A stretch of 64,000 nucleotides of DNA. Origin: Cyanobacteria bacterium J06581_3 (GTDB taxonomy: Bacteria; Cyanobacteriota; Cyanobacteriia; Phormidesmidales; Phormidesmidaceae). Positions 9,560-20,490 of this stretch are shown piece after piece (position 1 is the stretch's first letter; each line of letters starts with the position of its first letter). The notes below the pieces were generated by a model. That model was not told the DNA's origin, made no database searches, and worked only from the letters and a program-made list of their open reading frames with translations. Position numbers and translations under genes: made by a program. The stretch is from NCBI GenBank assembly GCA_038531675.1, contig JBCBBK010000008.1:30483-94482 (forward strand), given 5' to 3'.

Positions 9560-11476
9560 ATGGGAAAAGTTGTAGGAATTGACCTTGGTACGACCAACTC
9601 GGTCGTGGCCGTAATGGAAGGGGGTAAGCCCAGCGTTATTGCCAACGCCGAAGGCTTTCGCACAACCCCTTCTGTAGTTGCCTATGCCAAAAAAGAGGGC
9701 GAGCGTCTCGTCGGCCAAATTGCCAAGCGTCAGGCGGTGATGAACCCCGAAAACACGCTGTACTCTGTAAAGCGCTTCATTGGCCGTCAGTTTGACGAAG
9801 TCAATAACGAAGCCAGCGAAGTCCCCTACAAAATCGCGAAAGTAGGCGGCAACGTCAAAATTGAAACCTCTGACGGCAAGCAATATGCTCCCGAAGAAAT
9901 TTCCGCGCAGGTACTCCGCAAGCTCGTCGATGACGCCAGCAAGTACCTCGGCGAAAAAGTAACCCAGGCAGTCATTACCGTGCCCGCTTACTTCAACGAC
10001 TCACAGCGTCAAGCCACCAAAGACGCCGGTAAAATCGCAGGCGTCGAAGTCCTCCGCATTATCAACGAGCCCACTGCCGCAGCTTTGGCATACGGTCTCG
10101 ACAAAAAGAGCAACGAAACTATCCTTGTCTTTGACTTGGGTGGTGGTACTTTCGACGTCTCTGTTTTAGAAGTTGGCGACGGTGTATTTGAAGTACTCTC
10201 TACCTCTGGTGATACCCACTTAGGTGGCGACGACTTTGACAAAAAGCTAGTCGATTACCTTGCTGAAGAGTTCGAGAAGCAAGAAGGCATCGACCTCCGC
10301 AAAGACAAGCAGGCCCTACAGCGCCTGACCGAAGCAGCTGAGAAAGCAAAAATTGAGCTATCTAGCGTTACTCAGGCAGAAGTCAACTTACCCTTCATTA
10401 CCGCGACTCAAGATGGTCCTAAGCACCTGGATACTACGCTCACTCGCGCCAAGTTCGAGGAGCTTTGCTCCGACCTGATCAAGCGATGCGGTGTTCCTGT
10501 CGAGACCGCACTCAAAGATGCCAAGCTCAGCAAGAGCGACATTGATGAAGTGGTTCTAGTAGGGGGGTCCACTCGTATTCCAGCTGTTCAGAAGCTGGTT
10601 CAAAAGATTCTAGACAAAGAGCCTAACCAAACGGTTAACCCCGATGAAGTAGTTGCCATTGGTGCAGCGATTCAGGGCGGCGTCTTGGCCGGTGAAGTCA
10701 AAGACATTTTGCTGCTCGACGTTACGCCGCTATCCCTGGGTGTTGAAACCCTGGGGGGCGTTATGACCAAACTCATCAACCGTAACACTACAATTCCGAC
10801 TAAGAAATCTGAAGTGTTCTCTACTGCGGTAGATGGTCAAACCAATGTAGAAATTCACGTCCTTCAGGGTGAGCGTGAAATGTCTAATGACAACAAGAGC
10901 CTAGGAACGTTCCGCTTGGACGGTATTCCACCAGCCCAGCGCGGCGTCCCCCAAATCGAAGTTATCTTCGACATTGACGCTAACGGTATCCTAAACGTTA
11001 CTGCTAAAGACAAAGGATCGGGCAAGGAGCAGTCGATCAGCATCACCGGTGCTTCGACCCTCTCCGATAGCGAAGTTGATCAGATGGTTCGCGATGCTGA
11101 AACCAATGCGGATGCAGACAAAGCACGCCGTGAAGCAATCGACACTAAGAACCAGGCCGACTCCCTTGCTTACCAGGCTGAAAAGCAGCTTGAAGAGCTA
11201 GGCGATAAGGTCCCTACTGAAGACAAGGAGAAAATTGAAGGTCAAATCAAAGACTTGAAAGAAGCGCTCTCCGAAGAGGATAACGACAAGATTAAGTCCA
11301 CGATGGAGGCCTTGCAGCAAGGGCTGTATGCACTCAGCAGCAACCTGTACCAGCAGGGTGCTGAAGGCGCTGAAGGCTCTGAAGGTGCCGCTCCCGAAGG
11401 AGATACTGAGGGCGACAGTTCTTCCGGTGGTGAAGACGACGTCATCGACGCTGAATTCTCTGAAGGCGACAGCTAA
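9560..11476 (+). CDS. dnaK: Chaperone DnaK (DnaK2 type)
   Basis: [27 protein letters not shown]; acidic tail [10 protein letters not shown]. Confidence 0.98.
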   Translation: MGKVVGIDLGTTNSVVAVMEGGKPSVIANAEGFRTTPSVVAYAKKEGERLVGQIAKRQAVMNPENTLYSVKRFIGRQFDEVNNEASEVPYKIAKVGGNVKIETSDGKQYAPEEISAQVLRKLVDDASKYLGEKVTQAVITVPAYFNDSQRQATKDAGKIAGVEVLRIINEPTAAALAYGLDKKSNETILVFDLGGGTFDVSVLEVGDGVFEVLSTSGDTHLGGDDFDKKLVDYLAEEFEKQEGIDLRKDKQALQRLTEAAEKAKIELSSVTQAEVNLPFITATQDGPKHLDTTLTRAKFEELCSDLIKRCGVPVETALKDAKLSKSDIDEVVLVGGSTRIPAVQKLVQKILDKEPNQTVNPDEVVAIGAAIQGGVLAGEVKDILLLDVTPLSLGVETLGGVMTKLINRNTTIPTKKSEVFSTAVDGQTNVEIHVLQGEREMSNDNKSLGTFRLDGIPPAQRGVPQIEVIFDIDANGILNVTAKDKGSGKEQSISITGASTLSDSEVDQMVRDAETNADADKARREAIDTKNQADSLAYQAEKQLEELGDKVPTEDKEKIEGQIKDLKEALSEEDNDKIKSTMEALQQGLYALSSNLYQQGAEGAEGSEGAAPEGDTEGDSSSGGEDDVIDAEFSEGDS

Positions 11477-11623
11477 TAACCGCTCTATCCCCTTGTCAGT
11501 CAGGATTTTAGCATCTTGCCTCAGAGCCCTGCCCAAAGATATTAGGTGGGGACGGGGCCTCACAAAGTGAATATCAAAGACATTGCTCCTTTATATTCAC
11601 TCAGCCTTCCACCGAGAACCCTC

Positions 11624-11663
11624 AAAAAGGCCCGCCTTGCGTTAAACAAGGCAGGCCTTTTTT
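11624..11663. terminator. Bidirectional intrinsic terminator between dnaK and the GNAT gene
   Basis: aaaaaggcccgccttg / caaggcaggccttttt stem flanked by A and T tracts. Confidence 0.8.
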
Positions 11664-11685
11664 ACTTCAGACCAAAAAGCGTATT

Positions 11686-12180
11686 TTAACGCCTGGAACC
11701 CTGCTGGCTAACAGCATCTACGCTTTCTTTTTCCACCTCTTCTAGCAGATACTCACCAATCGGATTGTTATGTAGCACCATGGTCGTCGTGCTGTTCTGC
11801 TCAAATCCAATCCGCTCATAAAAGCTCTGCTTGTGCGTCGTCATCAGATACGTCCGTTCCACCTGATTCATATGAGGATGCGCGATTAACGTTTCGACCA
11901 GCCGACGTCCCAACCCGGACCCCTGATAGTCAGGATGTAGCACTACGTCCCAAATCGTCGCGCGGAATACGCCATCGGAGGTCGCACGGGAAAAGCCAAT
12001 TAGGCGATCACCATCCCAGGCAGTCACTACTGGCTTGCTGTGTGCGATCGCGCTTTCCATTTCCTCCGGTCGTCGGTCCTTCGCCCAAAACGCAGCTGCC
12101 CCAAACAAGCTACACAACTGAGCCAGCTGAGCCTTTGAAAAAACAGAGGTATAGCGAAACTGAATATGCCGACTGTCCAT
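11686..12180 (-). CDS. GNAT-family N-acetyltransferase (Ycf52-like)
   Basis: LIGFSRATSDGVFRATIWDVVLHPDYQGSGLGRRLVE acetyl-CoA binding motif. Confidence 0.9.
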   Translation of the reverse strand: MDSRHIQFRYTSVFSKAQLAQLCSLFGAAAFWAKDRRPEEMESAIAHSKPVVTAWDGDRLIGFSRATSDGVFRATIWDVVLHPDYQGSGLGRRLVETLIAHPHMNQVERTYLMTTHKQSFYERIGFEQNSTTTMVLHNNPIGEYLLEEVEKESVDAVSQQGSRR

Positions 12181-12355
12181 AGATTTTCATGGATAACGTC
12201 TTCTTGCTTTACTAAGGATAGTTGTTGCACGACGTAGCAACCTCAGCAAAAGTGACGCTTTCATGACCAAAGCCCGATAATTTAAGGAAAAAGTCACAAA
12301 AAGCGTACAGTCAAACTTACAACACCTGCCAAACCCCTCATCTCTGGAAATCCAT

Positions 12356-12961
12356 ATGCTCAGCCGCTGGAGCGTCCATTTCAAAAACAGTCTGATAGCA
12401 TTTTTCAGGCAGCTATCGGTATTTAACTTCCTACAAGTAAAACCAATCAGATTGGGAGCCTGCGCGGTCACACTCAGTATCGCCCTCGGCATCAACCTCG
12501 CCAACGCCATAGAACCCTCTACCCCAACCGAGCCCACATCATCTTCCTCGCCCTACGGCATGGTCGATCCCGTCGACACCCGCTACGAAGCAGGCTACAG
12601 AACCTACTTAAACAACTGCGCCACCTGCCACGTAGCCCTACCGCCCGCAGTCCTGCCCATTCAAACTTGGCAAACGCTAGTCACCGATACCGCCCACTAC
12701 GGCCTCAGCATCCCGGCAATGCTTCCCTTCGATCAGCAGCTCGCCCTCAACTATCTGCAAACCTACTCACGCCAGCACCAAAGCCGGGGCCCAGTCCCCT
12801 ACCGACTCAAAGACTCCGCCTACTTCCAGGCACTCCACCCCGACGTAGAATTTTCACAGCCCGTTGATATTCGTAGCTGCGCCAGCTGCCACATCGGCGC
12901 ATCCCAGCAAGACTACACTCAAATCATCCAGCCATCGTCTACCGCCCCACCCGCTGAATAA
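12356..12961 (+). CDS. Diheme cytochrome c (DHC family); start uncertain
   Basis: Two CXXCH motifs (NCATCH, SCASCH), LPPAVLP..TW..L....AHYG, and an N-terminal hydrophobic segment. Confidence 0.85.
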   Translation: MLSRWSVHFKNSLIAFFRQLSVFNFLQVKPIRLGACAVTLSIALGINLANAIEPSTPTEPTSSSSPYGMVDPVDTRYEAGYRTYLNNCATCHVALPPAVLPIQTWQTLVTDTAHYGLSIPAMLPFDQQLALNYLQTYSRQHQSRGPVPYRLKDSAYFQALHPDVEFSQPVDIRSCASCHIGASQQDYTQIIQPSSTAPPAE

Positions 12962-13105
12962 CCCAACGCTACGTAGTAATATCATTAGGCGCTGTAGGGT
13001 AAACCGTCCGGAATACCGCCTTCCATCCAGACGCTTTGCAGCCCCATAATATTAGATAGAATTAAACAAACCTGCTCTTTTCATCTTCTTCCTTCGTGGC
13101 CTGAC

Positions 13106-15901
13106 ATGCTAAAAAAACTTTTAGGTGATCCTAATACCCGCAAACTCAAAAGATATCAGCCCGATATCAAAGAGGTGAACCTGCTCGAAGAAGAGATAAA
13201 AGAGCTGACTGACGAACAGCTAACTGCAAAGACAGACGAGTTCAGGCAGCGGCTAAAAGACGGCGAAGACGAAGACGATATTTTGACTGAGGCCTTCGCC
13301 GTCGTTCGCGAAGCGGGCAAGCGAGTCCTTGGCATGCGTCACTACGACGTGCAACTGCTCGGTGGTATGGTTCTCCACGATGGCCAAATCGCCGAGATGA
13401 AAACAGGCGAAGGTAAAACCCTTGTTTCTACTCTACCGGCCTACCTGAATGCCATTTCTGGCAAAGGCGTTCACGTCGTGACTGTGAACGACTACCTAGC
13501 CAGGCGCGACGCTGAGTGGATGGGACAGGTACACAGATTTTTAGGCCTAAGCGTAGGCCTCATTCAGCAGGGCATGAGCCCAAAAGATCGCAAAAAGAAC
13601 TATGCCTGTGACGTTACGTACGGGACTAACAGTGAATTTGGGTTCGATTACCTGCGTGACAACATGGCAACGCAGATGGCAGATGTAGTGCAGCGCCCGT
13701 TCAACTATTGCGTTATTGACGAAGTCGATTCCATCTTAGTAGATGAAGCCCGTACACCGTTGATCATCTCGGGTCAGGTTGAACGTCCTGGTGAGAAATA
13801 TACCAAGGCCGCAGAAGTTGCTGCACAGCTAGAAGGCGATGAAGTTGATTACGAAGTCGATGAAAAGGCGCGTAACGTACTGCTCACAGACGAAGGCTTT
13901 GAAAAAGCAGAAACGCTACTGAACGTTACTGACCTATTCGATCCCAAAGATCCCTGGGCTCACTATATGTTCAATGCAATTAAGGCCAAAGAGCTGTTCA
14001 CTAAAGACGTGAACTACATCGTACGGAATGGCGAAATTGTGATTGTGGACGAATTTACAGGCCGGGTTATGGCCGGTCGCCGCTGGAGCGATGGACTGCA
14101 CCAGGCGATTGAAGCCAAAGAGCACGTAGACATTCAGCCAGAGACCCAAACGCTGGCCTCTATTACTTACCAGAACTTCTTCCTACTCTATCCCAAGCTT
14201 TCAGGCATGACGGGCACAGCGAAGACTGAAGAAGCCGAGTTCGAGAAAATCTACAAGCTAGAAGTCACCATCATTCCGACAAACCGCCCCTCTCAGCGGT
14301 ATGACATGCCGGACGTGGTGTATAAAACTGAGAATGCGAAGTGGAATGCGATCGCCGGGGAATGCGCCGCCATGCACGAAACGGGTCGCCCTGTCCTTGT
14401 CGGTACCACCAGCGTAGAAAAGTCCGAAGTCCTCTCGCTTCTACTTAGCGACCTAAAAGTAGAGCACAACCTACTGAACGCAAAGCCTGAAAACGTAGAG
14501 CGTGAGTCAGAAATCGTTGCACAGGCTGGTCGCAGTGGCTCGGTCACTATCGCCACTAACATGGCCGGGCGTGGTACCGATATCATTTTGGGTGGTAACG
14601 CCGACTACATGGCCAGGCTGAAGGTACGTGAGTACTTTATGCCCCGCCTGGTGAAACCCGAAGACGACGATAAGTTTGCGGTTGCCCAGGTTGCTAATAC
14701 AAAAGATGCAAAGCAAGCACAGGGTTTTGCAGAAGGTGGCAAAAAGAAGAAAAAAACCTGGAAAGCCTCACCTCAGATTTTTCCAACAGATCTATCCCCT
14801 CAGACAAAAGAAAATTTGAAGGCAGCGGTAGACTTCGCAGTTAAAGCTTACGGTGCACAGAGCCTGTCGGAACTGGATGCTGAAGATAAAATTGCCGTTG
14901 CTGCGGAGAAAGCACCCACGGACGATCCAGTCATTCAAAAGCTTAGAGACGTGTACAACGAAGTGCTAGACGCGTACGAAGTCATTACTTCTGCGGCGCA
15001 CGATCAGGTGATTGAGCTAGGCGGACTGCACGTGATTGGTACAGAGCGTCACGAGTCGCGCCGGGTAGATAACCAGCTGCGAGGTCGGGCCGGGCGCCAG
15101 GGTGACCCAGGATCTACCAAGTTCTTCCTCAGCTTGGAAGATAACTTGCTGCGGATTTTTGGCGGCGATCGCGTTGCCAACCTCATGAACGCCTTCCGCG
15201 TAGAAGAAGACATGCCCATCGAATCGGGTATGCTCACTCGCTCACTCGAAGGCGCCCAGAAAAAAGTAGAAACCTACTACTACGACATCCGTAAGCAGGT
15301 CTTTGAATACGACGAAGTCATGAACAACCAGCGCCGTGCCATTTACGCCGAGCGCCGCCGCGTACTAGAAGGCGAAGAGTTAAAAGAGCTGGTGCTTGGC
15401 TACGCGGTGCAAACCATGGACGACATCGTAGAAGCCTACGTAAACCCAGAGCTACCCTCCGAAGAATGGGACCTTCCCAGCGTCGTCAGCAAAGTACAAG
15501 AGTTCGTCTATCTCCTCGCCGACCTCACCCCCGAGCAGCTAGAGAACCTGTCCCTCGGCGAAATGAAAACCTTCCTCGCCGAGCAGGTGCGCATCGCCTA
15601 CGACCTCAAAGAAGCCCAGGTTGACCTAATCAAGCCCGGCCTCATGCGCGAAGCCGAGCGCTTCTTCATTCTTCAGCAAATCGACACCCTCTGGCGTGAG
15701 CACCTCCAGCAAATGGACGCCCTCCGTGAGACAGTTGGTCTGCGCGGCTACGGTCAAAAAGACCCGCTGATTGAATACAAGAGCGAAGGCTACGAGGTGT
15801 TCTTAGAGATGATGACCGGCATCCGCCGTAACGTCGTCTACACCCTCTTCCAGTTCCAGCCCCAAGCTCAGCCTGCTGTTAAGCAGTCCGAAAAGGTCTA
15901 G
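13106..15901 (+). CDS. secA: Preprotein translocase subunit SecA
   Basis: [66 protein letters not shown]. Confidence 0.98.
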   Translation: MLKKLLGDPNTRKLKRYQPDIKEVNLLEEEIKELTDEQLTAKTDEFRQRLKDGEDEDDILTEAFAVVREAGKRVLGMRHYDVQLLGGMVLHDGQIAEMKTGEGKTLVSTLPAYLNAISGKGVHVVTVNDYLARRDAEWMGQVHRFLGLSVGLIQQGMSPKDRKKNYACDVTYGTNSEFGFDYLRDNMATQMADVVQRPFNYCVIDEVDSILVDEARTPLIISGQVERPGEKYTKAAEVAAQLEGDEVDYEVDEKARNVLLTDEGFEKAETLLNVTDLFDPKDPWAHYMFNAIKAKELFTKDVNYIVRNGEIVIVDEFTGRVMAGRRWSDGLHQAIEAKEHVDIQPETQTLASITYQNFFLLYPKLSGMTGTAKTEEAEFEKIYKLEVTIIPTNRPSQRYDMPDVVYKTENAKWNAIAGECAAMHETGRPVLVGTTSVEKSEVLSLLLSDLKVEHNLLNAKPENVERESEIVAQAGRSGSVTIATNMAGRGTDIILGGNADYMARLKVREYFMPRLVKPEDDDKFAVAQVANTKDAKQAQGFAEGGKKKKKTWKASPQIFPTDLSPQTKENLKAAVDFAVKAYGAQSLSELDAEDKIAVAAEKAPTDDPVIQKLRDVYNEVLDAYEVITSAAHDQVIELGGLHVIGTERHESRRVDNQLRGRAGRQGDPGSTKFFLSLEDNLLRIFGGDRVANLMNAFRVEEDMPIESGMLTRSLEGAQKKVETYYYDIRKQVFEYDEVMNNQRRAIYAERRRVLEGEELKELVLGYAVQTMDDIVEAYVNPELPSEEWDLPSVVSKVQEFVYLLADLTPEQLENLSLGEMKTFLAEQVRIAYDLKEAQVDLIKPGLMREAERFFILQQIDTLWREHLQQMDALRETVGLRGYGQKDPLIEYKSEGYEVFLEMMTGIRRNVVYTLFQFQPQAQPAVKQSEKV

Positions 15902-15957
15902 TAGAATTCGCGTTTAGTGTAAATCTAAACTTTCAAAGATTAGACAAAAGCAAAGAT

Positions 15958-16418
15958 TCATCTCTCTAGGGCTTGGAATACCGACCAGTCCTCAAGTAAT
16001 AATCCTGTGATGCGCTCAAAGCCTTGCCGATTGCGTGTAACAACTGTTGCTTTTTTGCTCAAGGCGATTGCAGCAATCTTGAGATCCTGAGAGCCAATCC
16101 GAATTTTCTGATCAAGCAGAGATTGAAAGCGAGCTTCTGCCTGTGCGTCGTAGCTCAGTACTGTAAAGCCGTGCAAAAAATCGAGTGTCTGTGTAAACCA
16201 GTAGCGAGTGTCTGTGTAAACCAGTAGTAAGCGTAAACGCGCTCTTGAGGTTTAGAGGCTCTCCGGATCTGAGACAACCGACCTCGGACTAATTCTTCTG
16301 CACTGATTGCAGTAATAGCAATTTGATTTGGTGGGGTAGCAAGTAATCGCTTACCAAGCGGTTCATGCCCACGTTGATGAAGGCTAAGATGATCGCTATC
16401 TAAAATGTATAAGGTCAT
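15958..16418 (-). pseudogene. PIN-domain (VapC-like) toxin frameshifted by a 23-bp tandem duplication
   Basis: N-part MTLYILDSDHLS...ISAEELVRG (16155-16418) and C-part RIGSQDLKIAAIAL...VVTRNRQGF (15958-16176) join in frame if one copy of cgagtgtctgtgtaaaccagtag (16182-16204, 16205-16227) is removed. Confidence 0.9.
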
Positions 16419-16431
16419 TTAGAAAGCGGCA

Positions 16432-16743
16432 TCATTCCGTAAGATGACTCATTTCCTGATCAATTTCTTGGCGATATGCTGCAATTTCAGCTTGTAAGTC
16501 ATCAAAGGTTGGATCGTCTTTAAAACATCCAAATTTATCTAACCAGGGATTTCCTGTTTGAGATGGTAGTGGAATGTCGACTTGCACCACCTCGACCTTG
16601 TTCGTCAAATAATCTAGAAGCTGAGACTTTAATTGGCTGATGGCTGCATCGCGGCTACTTTCAACTACCGTAACCTCAGGCCAGTCTTTGGCGCGGGCAA
16701 CATACTTATTGTTTTCTCGACTCAGGATAACGTCATAAATCAT
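16432..16743 (-). CDS. Putative antitoxin with HicB-like N-terminal fold
   Basis: YDVILSRENNKYVARAKDWPEVTVVESSRDAAI is HicB-like; C-terminal NPWLDKFGCFKDDPTFDDL; lies 13 nt upstream of the PIN gene. Confidence 0.7.
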   Translation of the reverse strand: MIYDVILSRENNKYVARAKDWPEVTVVESSRDAAISQLKSQLLDYLTNKVEVVQVDIPLPSQTGNPWLDKFGCFKDDPTFDDLQAEIAAYRQEIDQEMSHLTE

Positions 16744-16863
16744 TGGCCTATCTCCTGTTTGTCTTTGGTACAGGGTGGTTAATAGTCCAATCTTACAGTG
16801 CGGATAGAAAAGTCGCGATTACGGCCTATCATGTCGTGTAGTTAAGCCGACTCACCTACCTAT

Positions 16864-18774
16864 ATGCTCGATACTCTGGCCGCGATCGCAACAACTCCTG
16901 CTGGCCTACGCTGCATAGCCCCCTTGTGTGAGGACACCGCTCAGCTATGGATTGCACCAAAACTTCATGCTGAAGCGATCGCACTCAACCTAACTCCCCA
17001 TCTCTACGAAACCTGTCTGGCGGCCTTCTTACAGGAAAACTGGGACAAGTACAACGGCTTTATTTTCTGCTTAGCCAGCGGCGCAGTGGTAAGACTAATC
17101 GCACCGCTATTGACCGACAAGGCAACTGATCCAGCGGTGGTGGTGGTAGATCCAGCCAGCAAATTTGCGATTAGCCTCTGTGGTGGGCATCAGGGTGGGG
17201 GCGATCGCCTCACCCAAACCATCAGCCAGCTTCTTTCAGCTCAACCCGTCCTCACAGGCGCATCCAATTCGCTAGGCATGCCTGCTATTGACACCCTGGG
17301 CACACCTTTTGGCTGGATAAAAGGCCCCGGCAACTGGACAGGTGTCAGCGCAGCATTAGCCAACGAACTTCCTATTCAAGTTCTACAGGACGCAGGCTCA
17401 GACCTCTGGCAGTCTCACTTGCCCTCAAATCATTGCTTCCAATTTGGCGCACCTGAGTTTGCCGAGCGCAATCAACAACAGAAGCCTCGGGCCAGAATCT
17501 GGATCAGTCCTATAAAGCGAAAATTTGATGAAACATCGAGCCTACCGAAAGTGCAATGGCATCCACGCGTGTTATGGCTAGGTATCGGCTGCGAACGCGA
17601 TTCTGATCAAGCACTAATTGATTACGCTATTGACAAAACTTGCCAGGAAAACCATCTAGCTGTGGAGGCTGTGGCTGGTGTTGCTACGCTGGACCTAAAA
17701 GCTGATGAAGCTGGTTTACTAGCAGTTGTGAAGGAAAGAAACTGGCCACTGCACTGCTTTGAATCAAAAGTGCTAGAGCAAATTGTGGTTCCTACGCCTT
17801 CTCAGGTTGTGAACAAGGAAGTGGGGACGCCTAGCGTTGCAGAGGCAGCGGCGATCGCCATCGTCGGTCAACGGAACAACTTACACGCACCTGGCAAAGA
17901 AAACGAAACGGACACTCGAACCAGCGATCTACGGGTCAAAAAACAAATCGTCCGGCATCCCGATATGAAAGGGGCTGTTACCGTCGCGATCGCCCAGGCA
18001 GAAGTCGGCTACATCGGACGCCCTGGCAAGCTCCACCTCATCGGCACCGGCCCCGGTAACCTCAACCAAATCACCCCCGCAGCAAAAGCCGCCATTACTA
18101 ACGCCGACGTCGTCATCGGCTATCAGCTCTATGTTGACTTAATCCGTCCGCTTACTCGCCCCGGACAAATCGTTGAAGCCCTCCCCATCACTCAGGAAAA
18201 GCAAAGAGCCGAACGTGCCATCGAATTGGCAAACTGGGGCCTTACCGTTGCAGTCATTTCCTCCGGCGACTGCGGCATCTATGGCATGGCGGGCCTCGTC
18301 TTCGAGCAGCTACAGGCAGAGGGCTGGGCTGGCAAAACACCCAGCGTTCAAACCTTCCCGGGTGTCAGCGCCCTGCAATCCGCAGCCTCCAAAGTTGGCG
18401 CACCTCTCATGCACGACTTTTGCGCCATTAGCCTCAGCGACCTGCTCACCCCCTGGCCTGTCATTCAGCAGCGTCTGCGCGCCGCTGCCCAGGGCGACTT
18501 CATCGTCGCCCTTTACAATCCCAAATCCAAAACGCGCACCGAGCAAATCGTCTTTGCCCGCGACACGCTTTTGCCGCATCGCAAGCCAGATACCCCCGTT
18601 GCTTTGGCAAAATCCCTTTATCGTCATGATGAGCAAATAATCCTGACAACCCTTGAGGAAATGCTCACCCATCCGATTGACATGCTCACGACCGTCATTA
18701 TCGGCAACCAAAGCAGTCGTACCCACGCAGGCTGGTTTATTACCCCAAGAGGCTATCTAGGTGACTTCAAGTAA
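16864..18774 (+). CDS. cobJ: CbiG-CobJ fusion (precorrin-3B C17-methyltransferase)
   Basis: CbiG motifs DPAVVVVD..GGHQGGGD and LGIGCER; CobJ motifs IGTGPG, VISSGDCGIYGMAG, HDFCAISLSDLLTPW, YNPKS. Confidence 0.93.
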   Translation: MLDTLAAIATTPAGLRCIAPLCEDTAQLWIAPKLHAEAIALNLTPHLYETCLAAFLQENWDKYNGFIFCLASGAVVRLIAPLLTDKATDPAVVVVDPASKFAISLCGGHQGGGDRLTQTISQLLSAQPVLTGASNSLGMPAIDTLGTPFGWIKGPGNWTGVSAALANELPIQVLQDAGSDLWQSHLPSNHCFQFGAPEFAERNQQQKPRARIWISPIKRKFDETSSLPKVQWHPRVLWLGIGCERDSDQALIDYAIDKTCQENHLAVEAVAGVATLDLKADEAGLLAVVKERNWPLHCFESKVLEQIVVPTPSQVVNKEVGTPSVAEAAAIAIVGQRNNLHAPGKENETDTRTSDLRVKKQIVRHPDMKGAVTVAIAQAEVGYIGRPGKLHLIGTGPGNLNQITPAAKAAITNADVVIGYQLYVDLIRPLTRPGQIVEALPITQEKQRAERAIELANWGLTVAVISSGDCGIYGMAGLVFEQLQAEGWAGKTPSVQTFPGVSALQSAASKVGAPLMHDFCAISLSDLLTPWPVIQQRLRAAAQGDFIVALYNPKSKTRTEQIVFARDTLLPHRKPDTPVALAKSLYRHDEQIILTTLEEMLTHPIDMLTTVIIGNQSSRTHAGWFITPRGYLGDFK

Positions 18775-18777
18775 AGC

Positions 18778-18845
18778 AGTTGAGCGGAGTCGAAGTCAGG
18801 TGACTGAGCGGAGTCGAAGTTAGGTGACTGAGCGGAGTCGAAGTC
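18778..18845 (+). repeat. 24-bp tandem repeat GACTGAGCGGAGTCGAAGTCAGGT, three units; same family as 9333-9460
   Basis: Unit cores at 18778-18797, 18802-18821 and 18826-18845, between convergent genes. Confidence 0.95.
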
Positions 18846-20490
18846 AGGGCGTCGTGCTCGCTCGTTGCGCATCTTCACTCACGGCAGGCGAAAGTCGAGA
18901 TGTCGTGCCGCCTCTGAGCGTCTCCAAGTCAGTGGTCTGAGACGTTGCCGAACAGAACTTACGCGATCGCTCAAACTCCGCATCTTGCCACGAAAATGAC
19001 CAATGGCTAACCGTTCTAATTCCAGGCGTCGCCCGTTGTAGCGCGTCCATCTGCGTCTCTAATGCTGGTCTGTTGGGTCGGCTTTGACCCCATGTACCAG
19101 CGATCGCAGGCTTTACCACCGCAGGATTATTCCGCACCTGCAATACCCGTCGCACCTCATCCACAATGCAGTTCGTATTCCCACACACCGCATAGGCCAT
19201 AGGGTGCGAATCCATCCAGCTTGGGAAACGATTCCAATGCTGTAGCCGCGCGTCATAGCCACTACCTATCGCGCGATTGCCATAGGGAAAAAATACCGCG
19301 CCAGCAGGCATCCCCGCGCGCCTAGCCGGAGCCGCTCCCGCCTGCAAAAAGTCCACAACTCCCTGAATCGCATGGGCTACGCTTAGTCGCCATAGCTCAG
19401 ACTGTAAGCCAGCTCGACGCGCCGATGCCGGGGCCAAATCCTTCGGATCAGTCGCGGGTGGATTGCGGCTTTGCCACAGCGGTTCGCCCTCATTCGGGTA
19501 CAGGCTATCTACCTGAGCCACATCACCGTTGGTGAGATAGCCCCGCTGCAAGAATCGGCGAATCAGCTCTCTGCCCTTATTATTTGTGCCTCTCTGAATC
19601 AGCGCTTGGTTTGCCGCTGGGCCATATATCCACAGGTTCCTGACATCGCTAACCACCGAAGCCGACCCCGTCAACCGGGGATAGCGCACATAGTCATACA
19701 GCGCACCGTCAGGCCGACGCGCCAGTACGGCTCTTACCATCTGGGCGTAATCCGCCTGAGCTGTCGCATTATACGGATCGACAAAAGCATCTTCCGAGGT
19801 GCCGCTATTCCCCTGATCGGCTACATCCAACGTGTCGTTGCCAGATGCATTGCGGGCCAGTACCTGTCGCCGGTCGGAACGGTGGCCGTAGGAATAGCCA
19901 AAATTCATCGTAAACATCCAGGCAAACGCCTTTAGGTCACGCTCGCGGGCTTCAGCGATCGCCTCCGCCAGCAAATCGCGATCGGCATACTGTTCGCTTT
20001 GTACCAGGCTAGGCCACACCGTCGGATTATTGTTCTTTGGCAGCAGCACCTGACCGTTAGAAAACGCCTCAATGTAAACCTGGTTGTAGCCCAGGTTTAC
20101 AATGCGATCCATAATTTCGTCGAGCTTGCCCGGCTGCAAATCACAAGGGTATAGCCGTAGCCAAATCGCCTGATTTTCGGGCCATTGCCTGCGACGACAG
20201 TCCTTTAATTGATTGGCATGCTGCCGCGACAAGGCTTCGTACTGCTGCTGCGCCGCCGTGTCTCCTGCTAGCCCTGCTGTCCGTAGCGAGGCTTTTCGAT
20301 CCACTTCAGCTTGAGACAGCTGACAATATCGGTTAACGGTCGCTTTTGCTGGGGCGCTGCTCATGCCTTGGACCAGTAGCGTCACGCTGATTCCCAGCAA
20401 AAAATTACCCAGCAAAATGCTTTGAACAGCACGCTGCATGAGCTTTTTACAGCGGCCACGCCAGATTTTGTTATCCGTCCTCAACACCAT
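18844..20490 (-). CDS. Glycoside hydrolase family 10-like (DUF187/GHL10) protein, probably exported
   Basis: LGYNQVYIEAF..GQVLLP, DLLAEAIAEARERDLKAFAW, FVDPY, DGALYDYVRYP; N-terminal hydrophobic segment. Confidence 0.75.
   Translation of the reverse strand: MVLRTDNKIWRGRCKKLMQRAVQSILLGNFLLGISVTLLVQGMSSAPAKATVNRYCQLSQAEVDRKASLRTAGLAGDTAAQQQYEALSRQHANQLKDCRRRQWPENQAIWLRLYPCDLQPGKLDEIMDRIVNLGYNQVYIEAFSNGQVLLPKNNNPTVWPSLVQSEQYADRDLLAEAIAEARERDLKAFAWMFTMNFGYSYGHRSDRRQVLARNASGNDTLDVADQGNSGTSEDAFVDPYNATAQADYAQMVRAVLARRPDGALYDYVRYPRLTGSASVVSDVRNLWIYGPAANQALIQRGTNNKGRELIRRFLQRGYLTNGDVAQVDSLYPNEGEPLWQSRNPPATDPKDLAPASARRAGLQSELWRLSVAHAIQGVVDFLQAGAAPARRAGMPAGAVFFPYGNRAIGSGYDARLQHWNRFPSWMDSHPMAYAVCGNTNCIVDEVRRVLQVRNNPAVVKPAIAGTWGQSRPNRPALETQMDALQRATPGIRTVSHWSFSWQDAEFERSRKFCSATSQTTDLETLRGGTTSRLSPAVSEDAQRASTTP

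Noticed and set aside
9239-9582. ORFs with repeated GSAQPPGF / AERSRS peptides
   Set aside because: They are translations of the 24-bp DNA repeat; there is no evidence they are coding.
11510-11600. Hairpins after dnaK (gtgaatat-c-aaag / cttt-atattcac) as an ncRNA
   Set aside because: Compatible with an ordinary structured 3' UTR; there is no promoter or conservation evidence.
16864-18774. CbiG-CobJ, CobA-HemD and multi-ACT LysC fusions as novelties
   Set aside because: These are established architectures in cyanobacteria.
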